From NCBI GenBank assembly GCA_038237845.1, contig JBBRYH010000013.1, forward strand, positions 5,454 to 69,453: a stretch of 64,000 bases of DNA. The letters are read 5' to 3'. The notes under the pieces are model-generated. The model was not told where the DNA came from. It did not search any database and was given only the letters and a program-made list of their open reading frames with translations. Below are positions 1 to 12,300 of this stretch, one piece after another; the stretch's first letter is position 1; each line of letters opens with the position of its first letter. Origin of the DNA: Bacteroidia bacterium (lineage in GTDB: Bacteria > Bacteroidota > Bacteroidia > Palsa-965). Made by a program: the position numbers and the translations under genes.

Positions 1-71
1 ATAAAATAGATAAGGTGCCCAAATGCTATATAAATCATTTATATACTATATATTAGGGCTTTATAAATACG

Positions 72-1640
72 ATGTCCAAAGAACATTCAGATGCACTTTT
101 TATGCTCATCAAAAGGATGAGCAAAAGCGAAAAACGTTTTTTTAAGCTTCGTGCTTCCCGATCAGGTGGTAACAAGAAAAAATTTGTGATTTTATTTGAC
201 CGATTGGAGCGAATGAAAGAACATCAAGCTTTTGTTATGCTGAAAGCTGAAAGATCATTTGATGCAAAACAATTGCCGAATCTGAAATTATTCCTTTACA
301 ATTATCTTTTAGATTGTTTAAGAACATGCAATACAACCGACTCAATAGATTTACAACTTACGGAACTGTGCAGTAATGTTCGAATATTATATGACAAATG
401 CCTTTATCGCGATTGTATTAAAATGTTGGATCGTGCAAAAAAAATAGCGCTTAAATATGAAAGATCCTCCCGACTATTAGAACTGTTGGAATTGGAGAAA
501 TTAGTTATTCGGCAAACTGTAAATGTTAATCATGCAACTCGGGTAGAAGAATCGGTTTCCAAAACACAAGAAGTTTTGTCGGAAATTGAAAATGTAAGTC
601 AATTTGAAAATCTCTCTATTCGATTAAATGTGTTTTATGTTCAAACCGGATTTATTAGAGATAGGAATGATCTTGTCAAGGTCGAGCAATTTTTTAAGAA
701 AAATCTCCCGCCCTATAAAAAATCGGAACTGAACTTCCTGGAATCACTTCATTTAAATTTTGCATTAGCAGGATATTATTTCTACATCCAGGATTTTAAA
801 AATGGATACCGAATTGCAAAAGATTCCGTTGAATTATTTAATGAGAATCCCGAAAAAATAATGCACCATACAGAGTTTTATATTCGGGCGCTCAATAGTT
901 TATTAGTGGTATTAAATAAATTGCATGATCTTGAAGAGTTTGAAGTAATTCACAAGGAACTAGTTGCCTTAAAAAGAAGATCGGACCTCATTCATACTGA
1001 AAATATAAAACTCAACCTTTTTAAGGCCATATATGTTCATGAAATAAATCGTCATTTTCTCCGTGGTGAGTTCAGATCCGGAACTCGTATAGTAGGGCGT
1101 TTGGAAAATGAATTGAACAAATTTGTCCCTTTGTTGGATCACAATTCTTTGCTCTTACTTTATTACAAAATTTCCTGTCTTTATTTTGGTGCCGGGCAAT
1201 ATAAAAGCGCACTTGTTTGGTTGAATCGAATTATTCTGGAAAAAGATATTTCTGTAAGAGAAGATTTACATGTATTCGCTAGAATTCTAGAATTGATTTG
1301 TCATGATGAATTAGGAAATGATCGAATAGCTGAAGCACACATAAAATCATTGTATCGATTCATTTTGAAGAAAGCTCATGCTTCTGGTGGAAAGAAAATT
1401 TCTGTTTACAATCGATTGATACTAGCTTTTATTCGAAAACTGCATCGGAATCTCTCTGCAAAGCAAATGAAAGTTCTTTTTCAGGACCTAAAAGAAAAAT
1501 TACTTCCATTAACTTCACAACGATTTGAAAAAAGAGCATTTTATTATTTCGACATTATTTCATGGCTGGAATGCAAGATTGAAAAACGTACTGTGGAAGA
1601 GGTTATAAAAAGTAAAATTAAGCGTAAAATATCTAACTGA
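72..1640 (+). CDS. conserved hypothetical protein, helical-repeat (TPR-like) architecture, function unknown
   Basis: Uninterrupted 522-aa ORF with an ATG start. The sequence is Leu/Lys/Glu-rich and helical in character. I recognise no signal peptide or catalytic motif. Confidence 0.55.
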   Translation: MSKEHSDALFMLIKRMSKSEKRFFKLRASRSGGNKKKFVILFDRLERMKEHQAFVMLKAERSFDAKQLPNLKLFLYNYLLDCLRTCNTTDSIDLQLTELCSNVRILYDKCLYRDCIKMLDRAKKIALKYERSSRLLELLELEKLVIRQTVNVNHATRVEESVSKTQEVLSEIENVSQFENLSIRLNVFYVQTGFIRDRNDLVKVEQFFKKNLPPYKKSELNFLESLHLNFALAGYYFYIQDFKNGYRIAKDSVELFNENPEKIMHHTEFYIRALNSLLVVLNKLHDLEEFEVIHKELVALKRRSDLIHTENIKLNLFKAIYVHEINRHFLRGEFRSGTRIVGRLENELNKFVPLLDHNSLLLLYYKISCLYFGAGQYKSALVWLNRIILEKDISVREDLHVFARILELICHDELGNDRIAEAHIKSLYRFILKKAHASGGKKISVYNRLILAFIRKLHRNLSAKQMKVLFQDLKEKLLPLTSQRFEKRAFYYFDIISWLECKIEKRTVEEVIKSKIKRKISN

Positions 1641-1753
1641 ATTGTCCTAACTTACAGGTATGAAAGCACCTCTACTTTGCGATATTGTTATAAACTCAAG
1701 GAATGTCATAACTACTCGAAAGTTTGAGGTAATTCATTCTGCAAATTAATTTC

Positions 1754-3331
1754 ATGAAATACTTTTGTGCTGTTATTTTTATTTTATTATTTCATATTGG
1801 TTATTCTACCAATGAAGTGATTTATTTATGGAGCGGAGGTCTGACAGATACTTCTGTTAACATAAATGCAAAACTTACGGATTCAACTTCTGCCGCAAGA
1901 TTAATTCTTTCGACCAATCCTCAATTTACTTCCCCTTTGTTTTCCGCTTATTATCACGTGGATTCTACAACGAATATGATGGTTGCAATGACGATTTCTG
2001 GTTTAACACAGGATACAAAATATTATTATGCAGTGGAATCAGATGGAATCGCCGACACTTCAGCTGATGACATAGGAAGTTTCAAAACATTCCACACGGG
2101 ATATTTTTCTTATTACTTTACAACCGGTTCTTGTTGTTTATACTCAGATCATGTTGTTTATGATGTAATGAGCAATTGTAATCCACTTTTCTGTGTAGTT
2201 ATTGGGGATTTACATTATGCAAATCCTAATAGTGCTACTGATATAAATGTTCATCGAAGTCCTTACGAAACTCAAGTATTATCAAAACCTCGTGCTGCTG
2301 CTTTTTATAAAAAAGTTCCATTTGAATATGTTTGGGATGATCATGATTTTTGTGGAAACGATTGTGATAGTTCTTATGTCGGTAAAGTGAATGCAAGACA
2401 AGCCTATCGCGAATATGTTCCGCATTATCCATTACCAGCAGGTACTGGAAATAATGCAATTTATCAAACGTTTACGGTTGGGCGTGTACGTTATATTCAT
2501 ACTGATTTACGTTCCGATCGTTATGGAACTTCAATGATGGGAGCGCAACAAAAAACGTGGTTTAAAAATGAATGTATTATTGCTCGAGATAGTAATCAGA
2601 TTATATGTTGGATTAGTTCGGTTACCTGGAATGGAAATTTAAATGACAATTGGGGTGGATATCAAGCAGAACGGATGGAACTTTCAAATTTTTTCAGAGA
2701 CAATTCTATTGTGAATATGTTTATTCTTTGTGGTGATGCTCATATGTTGGCAATAGATGATGGATCACATGGTGATTTTTCAAACGTTTTATCAAATCCA
2801 TATCAATATCCGATTTTTAACGCAGCTGCCTTGAACATGACGGGTGGTTACAAAGGCGGAACTTTTTCTGAAGGTGGAGTTTTCCCAAATCCAAGTTATA
2901 ATTGGGGCCAATTCGGGATTGTTACAGTTAATGATACTGGTGGAAGTTCGATATGCATTGATTTAAATGGTTACCGTACTGATAGTATTGCTGATCAGAT
3001 AACGCTTGTAAATCATTATTCATTTTGTAGAAATCTTGGACCATCATGGAGTGGCATCCCCATAGTTTCAATTGTAGAAAATTATTCCAAAGTATTTCCT
3101 AATCCGAATGAAGGCGAATTTGTTTTTCAAACTAGTCTTGAATTAATCAATCCACAAATTTCAATTGTAGATTGTTCAGGAAGAAACGTAAATATGGATT
3201 ATACTTTTGCAATAGAAAGAGGAGAAATTAAGTTTGATGTGAGAAAGTTTACTTCCGGCATCTATTTTGTCAAAATCATTGAGGGAAAGCAAATTCAAGA
3301 AAAGAAAATTGTAATTATTAATCAAGAATAG
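1754..3331 (+). CDS. PhoD-like metallophosphoesterase / alkaline phosphatase family protein with T9SS type A C-terminal sorting domain
   Basis: N-terminal signal peptide (MKYFCAVIFILLFHIGYS). Metallophosphoesterase-type motifs VIGDLHYAN, WDDHDFCGND and CGDAHML. C-terminal VFPNPNEGEFVF...GIYFVKI matches the Por_Secre_tail pattern. Confidence 0.55.
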   Translation: MKYFCAVIFILLFHIGYSTNEVIYLWSGGLTDTSVNINAKLTDSTSAARLILSTNPQFTSPLFSAYYHVDSTTNMMVAMTISGLTQDTKYYYAVESDGIADTSADDIGSFKTFHTGYFSYYFTTGSCCLYSDHVVYDVMSNCNPLFCVVIGDLHYANPNSATDINVHRSPYETQVLSKPRAAAFYKKVPFEYVWDDHDFCGNDCDSSYVGKVNARQAYREYVPHYPLPAGTGNNAIYQTFTVGRVRYIHTDLRSDRYGTSMMGAQQKTWFKNECIIARDSNQIICWISSVTWNGNLNDNWGGYQAERMELSNFFRDNSIVNMFILCGDAHMLAIDDGSHGDFSNVLSNPYQYPIFNAAALNMTGGYKGGTFSEGGVFPNPSYNWGQFGIVTVNDTGGSSICIDLNGYRTDSIADQITLVNHYSFCRNLGPSWSGIPIVSIVENYSKVFPNPNEGEFVFQTSLELINPQISIVDCSGRNVNMDYTFAIERGEIKFDVRKFTSGIYFVKIIEGKQIQEKKIVIINQE

Positions 3332-3334
3332 AAG

Positions 3335-3709
3335 TTAGGATTTATATTTTATTCTGTAGAACGCTTTTTGTAAAGCACGAATAATTAGCACTTCGGCCAC
3401 TCTAATTTCGAAAACTTCTTTCGCTTCTTCGTTAAGTAAATCTTTTAATTTTGATTCTGGAATATCCGCTCTGTAAAGCAAGCGATAGAATGTTTCAGAA
3501 CCAGGTCCGCCTGTTTTTACTATTTCCCTTGCAATAAGTTCTCTTAAGTCAAAAACATCACCAAAAATCTTTCCTGCAAGTTTTAACTCTAATCCAGCGG
3601 TTCTAAAATCATTTTCTAATAATACAAGCGCATCAGGTAATAAGAAATGTGTTAGATCATTTTCTGCCAATGAAGATGGCGGAAGTTCAGGCAAATTAGA
3701 AATGCTCAT
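3335..3709 (-). CDS. hypothetical protein, co-transcribed with the upstream ferredoxin gene
   Basis: 124-aa ORF whose ATG overlaps the upstream stop by 4 nt (ATGA at 3706-3709), which suggests translational coupling. No recognisable motif. Confidence 0.5.
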   Translation of the reverse strand: MSISNLPELPPSSLAENDLTHFLLPDALVLLENDFRTAGLELKLAGKIFGDVFDLRELIAREIVKTGGPGSETFYRLLYRADIPESKLKDLLNEEAKEVFEIRVAEVLIIRALQKAFYRIKYKS

Positions 3710-4041
3710 TTATTTTTTTTAAACCGTAGTCTTTCTACAACGCGATTATTTAAAATGTGTTCGGAAATAATTTCATCCACATCGCTTAATTCTACGCCGA
3801 CATAAAATGTTCCGTCGGGATATATTGCAACAGTTTGTCCATAATCACAGATATCCAGACAACCAGCTTTTTGCGCCCGAATGGGAAAGTTTACTTGATG
3901 TTCCTTTAATTTCTTTTTGAATGCATCAACAATTTCCATTCCATGTGCTTCACCACAACTTCTTCTTGGTGCTCCTGCTGCACGTTGATTGGTGCAAATA
4001 AAAATATGTTTATCGTAAATAAGTTTTTCTGATTCAGACAT
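3706..4041 (-). CDS. thioredoxin-like [2Fe-2S] ferredoxin
   Basis: 111 aa with the characteristic Cys pattern (FICTN...RSCGE...AGCLDICDYG) and the IYPDGTFY segment typical of this family. Confidence 0.7.
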   Translation of the reverse strand: MSESEKLIYDKHIFICTNQRAAGAPRRSCGEAHGMEIVDAFKKKLKEHQVNFPIRAQKAGCLDICDYGQTVAIYPDGTFYVGVELSDVDEIISEHILNNRVVERLRFKKNK

Positions 4042-4076
4042 GTTGTATCTTTAATTGTTAATACTATTTCAAATAC

Positions 4077-4084
4077 AAAGCTAA
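4077..4084 (-). promoter_or_regulatory. candidate Bacteroidota -7 promoter box (TAGCTTTG, consensus TAnnTTTG) for the ferredoxin operon
   Basis: Exact TAnnTTTG match on the minus strand about 35 nt upstream of the ATG at 4041. Confidence 0.3.
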
Positions 4085-4090
4085 GTCTAA

Positions 4091-4993
4091 ATGAACATTC
4101 TTATCACAGGCGCTTCAGGTTTAATTGGTCATCATTTGACAAGTAAGTTTTTGATGGCAGGACATAAAGTAGCGCATCTGGGACGGACTAAATCGAGTAG
4201 TGCAATAATTCAACAGTTCCAATGGGATTTGAAAAGTCAAACGATTGAGGAGGGTGCTGTAACTTGGGCGGATGCAATTGTAAATCTTGCTGGAGCAAAT
4301 GTTTCAGAAGGGCGATGGACGGATAAAAGGAAGTTGGAAATTATTGAAAGTAGAACGGAAGGCACTAAACTTATTGCAAAAGCGATTCAGCGAGAAAAAG
4401 CAAAAGTCAAATGTTTTGTTTCGGCTTCTGCAGTCGGTTATTACGGAATGATTACCACAGATAAAATATTTTCCGAAACGGCAGCTCCTTCAACTGATTT
4501 CTTTGGTGTTTGTTGTTCCAAATGGGAATCTACAATTGACTTGCTTGAGGAAATTGGTTTGCGTACCGTTAAACTTCGAATAGGTGTTGTGCTTGCAAAA
4601 GAAGGTGGCGCTTTACCTAAATTGATCTTGCCTGTGAAATGGTTTATAGGTTCTCCACTTGGTTCAGGGAAACAATGGATGCCGTGGATTCATATTGATG
4701 ATCTGTGTGAGCTATTTCTAAAAGGAGTTGAAGATGAAAAAATGTCTGGTGCCTATAATGCAGTCACATCGAATCCAGTTACCAATAAAGAATTTGTAAA
4801 ATCAATAGGTAAAATTATTCATCGGCCTGTGTTTCTTCCTGCAGTTCCGAAATTTGTTTTGAAAATGATGCTAGGTGAAATGTCAGGTATTGTTACAGAA
4901 GGTTCAAGAGCTTCAAATGAAAAGATTCTCCAAACGGGATTTCTTTTCAAATACAATAATTTAGAAATGGCTTTGGGAAATTTATTGAACTGA
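4091..4993 (+). CDS. TIGR01777 / YfcH-type NAD-dependent epimerase family protein (SDR with C-terminal DUF1731)
   Basis: N-terminal Rossmann motif ILITGASGLIGHHL. About 300 aa long. The C-terminal GSRASNEKILQTGFLFKY segment is typical of the DUF1731 tail. Confidence 0.8.
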   Translation: MNILITGASGLIGHHLTSKFLMAGHKVAHLGRTKSSSAIIQQFQWDLKSQTIEEGAVTWADAIVNLAGANVSEGRWTDKRKLEIIESRTEGTKLIAKAIQREKAKVKCFVSASAVGYYGMITTDKIFSETAAPSTDFFGVCCSKWESTIDLLEEIGLRTVKLRIGVVLAKEGGALPKLILPVKWFIGSPLGSGKQWMPWIHIDDLCELFLKGVEDEKMSGAYNAVTSNPVTNKEFVKSIGKIIHRPVFLPAVPKFVLKMMLGEMSGIVTEGSRASNEKILQTGFLFKYNNLEMALGNLLN

Positions 4994-5006
4994 TTTGAAA
5001 TTGAAA

Positions 5007-7166
5007 TTATCGGACCAGATTTACATGGCCAATCACAGCCATATTCTCGCCAGAAACTAGATTGGTGTAATCAATCTTCCACACATAAACATCCTCCTGG
5101 CATTTGTTTCCTTTGAATCGTCCATCCCAACCTTGATACGTATCATCCGTTTCAAAAATCAACATTCCCCAACGATCAAAAATCATAAAGTGAAAATCTT
5201 CCACACCCATAATAGCCGGCATAAACAAATCGTTTAATCCATCACCATTAGGTGTAAAAGTATTCGGAATGAAAAAGCGATATTCAGGAAGCACTTCTAC
5301 TAAAATATGTGCAGTATCAGTACATCCGAATTCATTATACACAACTTGTGTTATCCAATAATTTCCATAGGCCCAATAGGTATGCATGGCGTTACAATCG
5401 CTTGTAATAAATCCATCACCATAATTCATAACACAAGAATCTGCATTCAAACTATGGTCAATCGTCCCTATGAATGGCGCAAAAATAGAAACAGAATGAG
5501 CCGTCACATCAAATCCCGCAGTTGGACTAGGAAATACATTTACCATTCCAGGAACAGAAAACGTATCTACACCAATACACCCATTGGAAGTTGTAATAAT
5601 TAAAGAGACATCATAAGAGCCGGTATCAGTATAAATATGAGTTGGATTTGAAAGTGTAGAAGTATTTCCATCTCCGAAATCCCATTGGTAAGTAATAGGA
5701 GTACCAGCATTTGAACTGTCAACAAATTCAACCGTAAAAGGAACGCAACCATAGAGAGGAATGGCAGCAAAGTTTGCGGTAGGTGTTGGATAAACTGTAA
5801 CACTATCTGTAAATACTCCTGTACATCCGTTTTCTACAACTGTAAATGTCACTGCATAAACTCCCGGTGCATTATAAGTAACATTTTGCGGGTCGGGAAG
5901 ATTACTGGTTTGCGGAGTTGCATTTGGTCCGAAATTCCAAAGGAATGTTCCATTGCCCATAAATTGTCCGCCGGCAACAAAATTAAAACTGTTTCCAATA
6001 AAACATTCTCCGGCAGGTGCAACATAAGAAGGAACAACAGGAGGAAAAATCTGGAATGTAGAAGTGTTCGTATCTGCGCAAGGTGTTCCAGGATTACAAT
6101 AAAGTGTAACGGTAAAATGACCGGTATCGGAGTAAGTATAATTTGGAGTAAATAAATTGGAAGTGTCAGAGGAAGAATTAGGATCGCCGAAATTCCAGGA
6201 ATAGGTTGTTGCGTTAAAACTGTTATTTAAAAATTGAACATTAAATCCTGCACAAAAAATTGTTTGACTTGGAATTGAACTTACAGTCAACAAAGGACAA
6301 GGAGTAACGTTGAATTGAAAATCTCTTTTGTTTACACAAATTAAAACACCATTTCTATATTCACTACAACAAACACCCACAACCCATTGCCCTGCTAAAT
6401 TTGGTGTCCCAGTTAATAATCCAGTAACGGGATCTATGGCCATAGCGGGATTTGAACTCATCGGATACGATCCGTTATAGGGCGCATTGAATGGAACGAA
6501 TGCATAAGGCGGACCAGCGGGAGGTTGCGGCATTGGTAAAGCTGCCGTAGCTCCGTCGTAAGGATCACACAAACCATAAACTAAAGAATCACCGTCAGGA
6601 TCAGAAGCGGAATGATCAAAAATAAGTGGAGCGCCCTGACAAAGATAAATAGGAGGAAAACTATTATAACGTGCACTATGATTACAAACGGCCAAATTAG
6701 AAGTAGGAATAATTATTTGATAAGTTGAACCGACACCACCTGGATTGACAAGATTTAGGATAGAATTATTTCTGCAGCATCGTTGATAGGTAAGATATAA
6801 TCCTCCTGCAGGAATAGCAGGCATCATTTTTATTTCAGAGTAAATTGCTTCTTCTACGCAAACACTGGTCGGAGGTGTGTAACAAGGCGTATTGATCGTA
6901 GGTGGAACCAATGCAGATCCGGGGAAAAGCATAGCAAGGGTGTCCAATAAGTTTCCATTCTGATCAAATATTCCTACTGAGGCAGGGTTGTCATATGGTG
7001 CAACTCCGTTAATACAATCGCGATACACTTTTAAAGTAATGCGATACATATTACCACCAAGACAATCGTAATAAATTTCACCTCCCACAATATGTGTTGC
7101 TTTGACTCCTGTAGATGACAGAAGGAAAAGCAACACAAAAAGACAGAAGCGCCGAAGCAAAGTCAT
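5007..7166 (-). CDS. T9SS type B sorting-domain protein with PKD repeats (large surface protein)
   Basis: Signal peptide. Three PKD-like units (WNFGD.../WNFGPN.../WDFGDGN...). Canonical gliding-motility C-terminal domain FTPNGDGLNDLF...FDRWG...GWDG...GHVNLVR. Confidence 0.85.
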   Translation of the reverse strand: MTLLRRFCLFVLLFLLSSTGVKATHIVGGEIYYDCLGGNMYRITLKVYRDCINGVAPYDNPASVGIFDQNGNLLDTLAMLFPGSALVPPTINTPCYTPPTSVCVEEAIYSEIKMMPAIPAGGLYLTYQRCCRNNSILNLVNPGGVGSTYQIIIPTSNLAVCNHSARYNSFPPIYLCQGAPLIFDHSASDPDGDSLVYGLCDPYDGATAALPMPQPPAGPPYAFVPFNAPYNGSYPMSSNPAMAIDPVTGLLTGTPNLAGQWVVGVCCSEYRNGVLICVNKRDFQFNVTPCPLLTVSSIPSQTIFCAGFNVQFLNNSFNATTYSWNFGDPNSSSDTSNLFTPNYTYSDTGHFTVTLYCNPGTPCADTNTSTFQIFPPVVPSYVAPAGECFIGNSFNFVAGGQFMGNGTFLWNFGPNATPQTSNLPDPQNVTYNAPGVYAVTFTVVENGCTGVFTDSVTVYPTPTANFAAIPLYGCVPFTVEFVDSSNAGTPITYQWDFGDGNTSTLSNPTHIYTDTGSYDVSLIITTSNGCIGVDTFSVPGMVNVFPSPTAGFDVTAHSVSIFAPFIGTIDHSLNADSCVMNYGDGFITSDCNAMHTYWAYGNYWITQVVYNEFGCTDTAHILVEVLPEYRFFIPNTFTPNGDGLNDLFMPAIMGVEDFHFMIFDRWGMLIFETDDTYQGWDGRFKGNKCQEDVYVWKIDYTNLVSGENMAVIGHVNLVR

Positions 7167-7250
7167 AAGGTTAATTCAACATGCCCCTTGTTTTCAATCG
7201 GGAGAAATTCAGCGACTATAAAAGCAGTAGCCGGAAAACAAAAGATTATT

Positions 7251-9173
7251 TTATTTAATAATAGTCAGGAATCCAGTCATGGTTGTTCCATCCGTTTGCA
7301 TCAAAATGTAATAATACGTCCCATCACTCACGCCAGAACCATTCCAATCATTGCGATAGTCAGAACTTTCGTAAATTTTATTTCCCCATCGGTTATAAAT
7401 GTAAAGCGCCGTATTCGGAAAATTGTCAAGACCAAAGAATACAAGATTGTCATTCGTTCCATCTCCATTTGGCGTAAATACATTCGGTGGAATTACATTA
7501 CAATCGTGAATTGAAATATTAAACGTATCCAATCTAAATGCATTACAACCATCTCTAGTTACCACCATATAGGTTCCGTTAGCAGAAGGAGTAAATGAAT
7601 TCGAATTCCCGTTTGGATTTGGAAGAATTTGCGTTCCTGCTAGCGTTGTCCAGCTATAGGAATACGGTTGAGAACCACCCGTCGCAGTTACCGCCATCAT
7701 TGCAGGATCGCCGCTGCAAAGAATTAGATCAGGTGTTTGGAAAGTTGTAAGTGGACTTGTTGAAGGAAGATAAACCGTTACTGTATCAAAACCAGTTGGA
7801 CTTCCACAAGGATCTGTTACGGCAACAATATAACTCGTGGTTACTGTTGGTGAAACCGTGATCGAACTCGTAGTAGCTCCAGTACTCCAGATGTAATTGT
7901 AAGGTTCAACACCACCAGTAACAATTGTATTAATTGTAATTGGAGCAGGGGAACAAATGGCAGTATCAGGACCAGCATCAACATCAATTGGTAAAAAATC
8001 GCTGATGTAAATGGTCAATGAATTTACACTTTGCACACAAGGTCCTGTAGTTGTAGAACTGATTGTAAGTGTTTCTAATCCTTCTGGTACTAAATCTTGT
8101 AAGGCAGATAAACAAAGTACAATGGAATCTTGACCTGGAAGGAAAATTACAGTAGAAGGAATCTGTGGAATAAAATCAGTTCCATTATTTAATGCAGTTC
8201 CACCAATAACAAGAGAAACAGTATCCGCTAAAGCTGTGCTTCCTTGACGCGCAAGAATAATACAGGCTTGTCCGCAACCTTCATAAAGTGTTGAATCGTT
8301 GTTGCTACCATAGCTGATTTCGGCAGATACATTTACTTGTCCTGCAGAGAAACTTCCGGCTTCGAGGAATACGCCTGAGTCATAAATGAAATCAGATGCA
8401 TCAGCAATTGCGATTTTGATATGATAGGTTTCTCCGCATATTACAGGATATCTGGCAGTTAATACATGTGTGAAGCCATCATATTGAATCAATGGATAGG
8501 GACCTGCTGTCATTGGATTGTCATTGAAATATGCACAATTCATACAAGGCCCAGTTGCAAATGCAGGTCCGAATGCAGATCCGTTGTTAACATTGTTAAT
8601 TGTGACAGGTGTTGAAGTACTTGGAATCAGTGCGATGTTAGTTGCGGGTAATGGAACACTGACCCCTGATAAAATAAAAGCGAATACATCGTTAATGGAA
8701 TTTACAAAATCGTCATATTCCTCAGAGCCGAAAACATATCTGAATTTGACGGAATCGGATAATGGAATAAAATCAAATTCAAGTACAGCAGCATCGTGAG
8801 TAGTTGTACTTCCTATAGCATCCAAATCAGGGTCACCTGGAAAATTACAGTTCACACCATCACTTCCGGATGAATTAGGTCCCATCGGTCCAAGATTTCC
8901 AAAACCTAATGGATCATTTGCAATAACACTTCCTGATGTCATCACAATACCTGAGTCGATACCAAGCCCCGTATTGACTGAAGTGAATTTTCCAATAGCA
9001 TTGGCATAACCAGTAAATGTAATATTGAATGCCTGAATTCCTTGACCAAGAAGGACATTCTGAACAAGTTGGGTAGGAGTGTAGGCGGTGCTGGTGGTTA
9101 ATTGGGCCATTGCCGAAAAGGGCATAACTGCCAAAAGAACAATAAAGAAGAAATTGGATAGAGAATTTTTCAT
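7251..9173 (-). CDS. choice-of-anchor-L-like domain protein with T9SS type B sorting domain
   Basis: The ORF track starts at a TTG (9209). The ATG at 9173 gives a clean signal peptide ([24 protein letters not shown]). The N-terminal [15 protein letters not shown]...GIVMTSG resembles choice-of-anchor L. The C-terminus is [15 protein letters not shown]...YNRWGNKIY...WNG...GTYYYIL. Confidence 0.75.
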   Translation of the reverse strand: MKNSLSNFFFIVLLAVMPFSAMAQLTTSTAYTPTQLVQNVLLGQGIQAFNITFTGYANAIGKFTSVNTGLGIDSGIVMTSGSVIANDPLGFGNLGPMGPNSSGSDGVNCNFPGDPDLDAIGSTTTHDAAVLEFDFIPLSDSVKFRYVFGSEEYDDFVNSINDVFAFILSGVSVPLPATNIALIPSTSTPVTINNVNNGSAFGPAFATGPCMNCAYFNDNPMTAGPYPLIQYDGFTHVLTARYPVICGETYHIKIAIADASDFIYDSGVFLEAGSFSAGQVNVSAEISYGSNNDSTLYEGCGQACIILARQGSTALADTVSLVIGGTALNNGTDFIPQIPSTVIFLPGQDSIVLCLSALQDLVPEGLETLTISSTTTGPCVQSVNSLTIYISDFLPIDVDAGPDTAICSPAPITINTIVTGGVEPYNYIWSTGATTSSITVSPTVTTSYIVAVTDPCGSPTGFDTVTVYLPSTSPLTTFQTPDLILCSGDPAMMAVTATGGSQPYSYSWTTLAGTQILPNPNGNSNSFTPSANGTYMVVTRDGCNAFRLDTFNISIHDCNVIPPNVFTPNGDGTNDNLVFFGLDNFPNTALYIYNRWGNKIYESSDYRNDWNGSGVSDGTYYYILMQTDGTTMTGFLTIIK

Positions 9174-9257
9174 GTGACATTCAAATGTTTGCAAAACAAA
9201 TGTAGTCAATTCTTTAAAGGATTAAAAGTCAGGCACTTGCTTTTTTGACCTGATTTT

Positions 9258-9294
9258 AAAGAAAAACGGGAATAGAAATAAATCTATCCCCGTT
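9258..9294 (-). terminator. rho-independent terminator downstream of the 1359-aa ORF
   Basis: 11-bp stem (aacgggaatag / ctatccccgtt, one mismatch) with an 8-nt loop, followed on the minus strand by a T-run. It lies about 20 nt after the stop at 9315. Confidence 0.6.
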
Positions 9295-9314
9295 AAGTAA
9301 ATTTAATTTTAAAG

Positions 9315-12300
9315 TTAATGCTGAACAATAATTCTCTTTGTAGATCTTAATTGATCATTTTCAGTTACCAGAATATAAATACCATTTTCATAAGTACTAA
9401 AATCCAATGATAGTTCACCATTCTGATCCTTATCGGAAACAACCGAATAAACAATTCTTCCGGAAATATCTGATATGGAAATTTTAATTGGACTCACAGG
9501 TTTAGTTTTGAAAACAAGTGTTAACAGACCTGTTGTAGGATTTGGAAACACATTCAATTCATTTTGTTCAGTAGTGATTGAATTCGGAGTGATAATATTT
9601 TCTGATAAGTCAGGATTTCCAAGACGGAAGAATGTGGACGTGTTGCTCCGGGCGATAAATCCCTGGTATGCTGTCAATGCAGTAAGCGGAGGTCCATTAA
9701 AAGTAACGCTTGGATAAATCGATCCACATGAAGCAAATACAGCCAGTGAACCGGCAGTAAATATGGAGCCGGATGAGGCATTTACTGATATTCCCATACC
9801 AGTATTTTTTCCTGCACATCCCGTTGTTGTAGAAAATTCAAGGAAATCCGGAATTCCTCCGTTTAAGATTCGGGCAACAAATACTTCATATCCGCCTGCA
9901 ATGGATGTTACCGTGGTAGGTGTAAATCCTGCAAAAGTTGATCCACTATATGCAAGCCCAGTGAAGTAAACATCGTTATTATAAACTGTTATGCTATTGC
10001 CCGATTCAAGAGTACTCGATGCATTTGTCGAACCATAAGCATAGGACCATGTTCCAGTAAACGATAAAGCACTTGTGGCAAAACCTACATAAATATCAGG
10101 TGTTGCAGCGATTGTGAGTGTAGATCCTAAAGTCAATGCCCCCTTATAAGCACCTGTTATATAGCAACGTCCGGTGGCATCAACAAACAGATCTTTAAGA
10201 AATACATCATTGGTGCCATTTCCGCGAATTACATTTGATCCTCCATAAGCTCCGGTTCCAGGAATCAGCTTAACAATGAATAAATCAGTTGTGCCAGCCG
10301 TTGTATTCGTGGCAGCAACGGGGGCAATTACGCTACCACTCACAGAACAACCAACATAAAGATTCCCTGAAGCATCGGTGCCGATGCCGCCAGCAACATC
10401 GGGTTTTGTTGCGAAAGAAGAAGCTATTTTTGTTGACCATATTTCGGTTCCAGAAGAATTGTAGCGAGTAACAAAAACATCTCTGTTGCCTGATGTTGGG
10501 ATGTTGGCAAGATTTCCGAATTTTACCGTTCCTTCAAAATCTCCGGTTACAAAAATTGCATTGTTGACAGCGTCATATTTTATTGCTTTCCCAATTGCTG
10601 AAGATGGAGAACCAGCAATCGGACTTGTGGATTGACGGGCATAGATTGTATTGCCTGTGGTTTTGTCAAGCTTTAAAACAAATACTTCTGTCAAAGAACC
10701 AGAAGGCGATGTTAAAATTTGACTATTTCCAAAATTGATATTTGTTCCTGCAAAAGATCCTGTTACAAGGACATCCCCGTTGTTGTCAAGTGTAATATCA
10801 TATCCTGAACCACCATTATTCGAAATAGTACGGATCCAGATTCCTCCACACTGTTCATTGTATTTTACAATGACAATAGCGTCCTGTGTATAAGTTCCAA
10901 ATGATGGAATATTAGAAGTCTGACTAATTCGACCGGTAGCATAGACATTTCCGATTCCATCAGTAATAATGCCATTAAACAAACTTCTATTATTCAGTCC
11001 TGTAATATATTTTGGCCAACTGCCCGGGCCAATACCCGGATTAACTACAATTGTAATTTGTGCACTCGCCGGACAACTTCCAACATTTCCGGTCCAGTTA
11101 ATTAGGAAAGAGCCAACACCTGAAATTGCAGGATCAAATTGATTACCCACAACACCTGTTCCACTGAAAGTTCCCGTTCCTTGGGAAACTGTTAGGTTCT
11201 GCGCTGGGTCATATTGACACAATGGACCGACAGGAGTAATTGTTACCACTGGCGCAGGATTAACAACAACATTTGTATTTGCAGAAAGTGTACATCCTCC
11301 TTGAGTTACTGTATAAGTCAATGTGAATGTACCGGTTCCAACTGCGCTAGGATTGAATTGATTGGCAGTAATTCCCGGACCACTCCATGTTCCACCTGTC
11401 GGTTGTGCAAATAAGTTTTGAGGTCCCTGAGAACTGCAATATGGGCCATTAGCACCAAATACAATTGTAAAGCTTGCTGTAACAACAATATTGGTAGTCA
11501 CTAAAGTTGTACAACCTGCAAATGGTACATAGTTATAAGTGATAACAAATGTTCCTGATCCCGCAGTGGAAGGCGTAAAAACTCCTGAACTGTTTACCCC
11601 GGTTCCAGTCCAGAAACTTCCTGATGCGGTTGGTGTTGCTACAAGTTGATGACCTACCGCATCATTAGAGCAGAAAGGTCCCGCAGGAGTAATTGTTGGA
11701 ATAGCGCTTGGCGTCACTGTTACAGTTCCGCTTGCAGTTTGCGTGCAGGCGTAATTAACTGTAGCTGTAAAAGTTGTTGTGGCAGTAATTGGACCAGATG
11801 TAACATTATAACCATTTAAATTTCCGGGATTCCATGTGTATGTGGCGTTACAAGGTAGGTAGGGAGTTGGTAGAGCAGTTAATATTGATGAACTTCCATT
11901 ACATACTGTAGTAGGGTTTGCTGTTGCGTTGAGAGTAACAGGTGGTGGAGTTGGATCAATCTGTTTTAAAGAAATATTGTCGATGAAAGTACAATGGGTT
12001 ACTGTATAAACGGCAGGTGAAAAAGTATTTCCTAATGGAGTACCTACGCTTCCTGTACCTGAAACAACAATTGTGGGTGTAACAATTCCTTCAACAAGCA
12101 GATTCATATAGTAAGTGGGATCTCCGCAATACTGGAAATCAAAAACAACATGTTGCCAAGTATCCGGAGTAACTGTAGAAATTGTTACCTGAACAGGTGC
12201 TGTATAATAAAGTTGGGAATGAAAACCGGGGAAAGGATTATTGGTAAACTGAAGCTGGAATTGGAAAGTCTGTCCGACTGCAAATCCCGTCTTTTCAAAA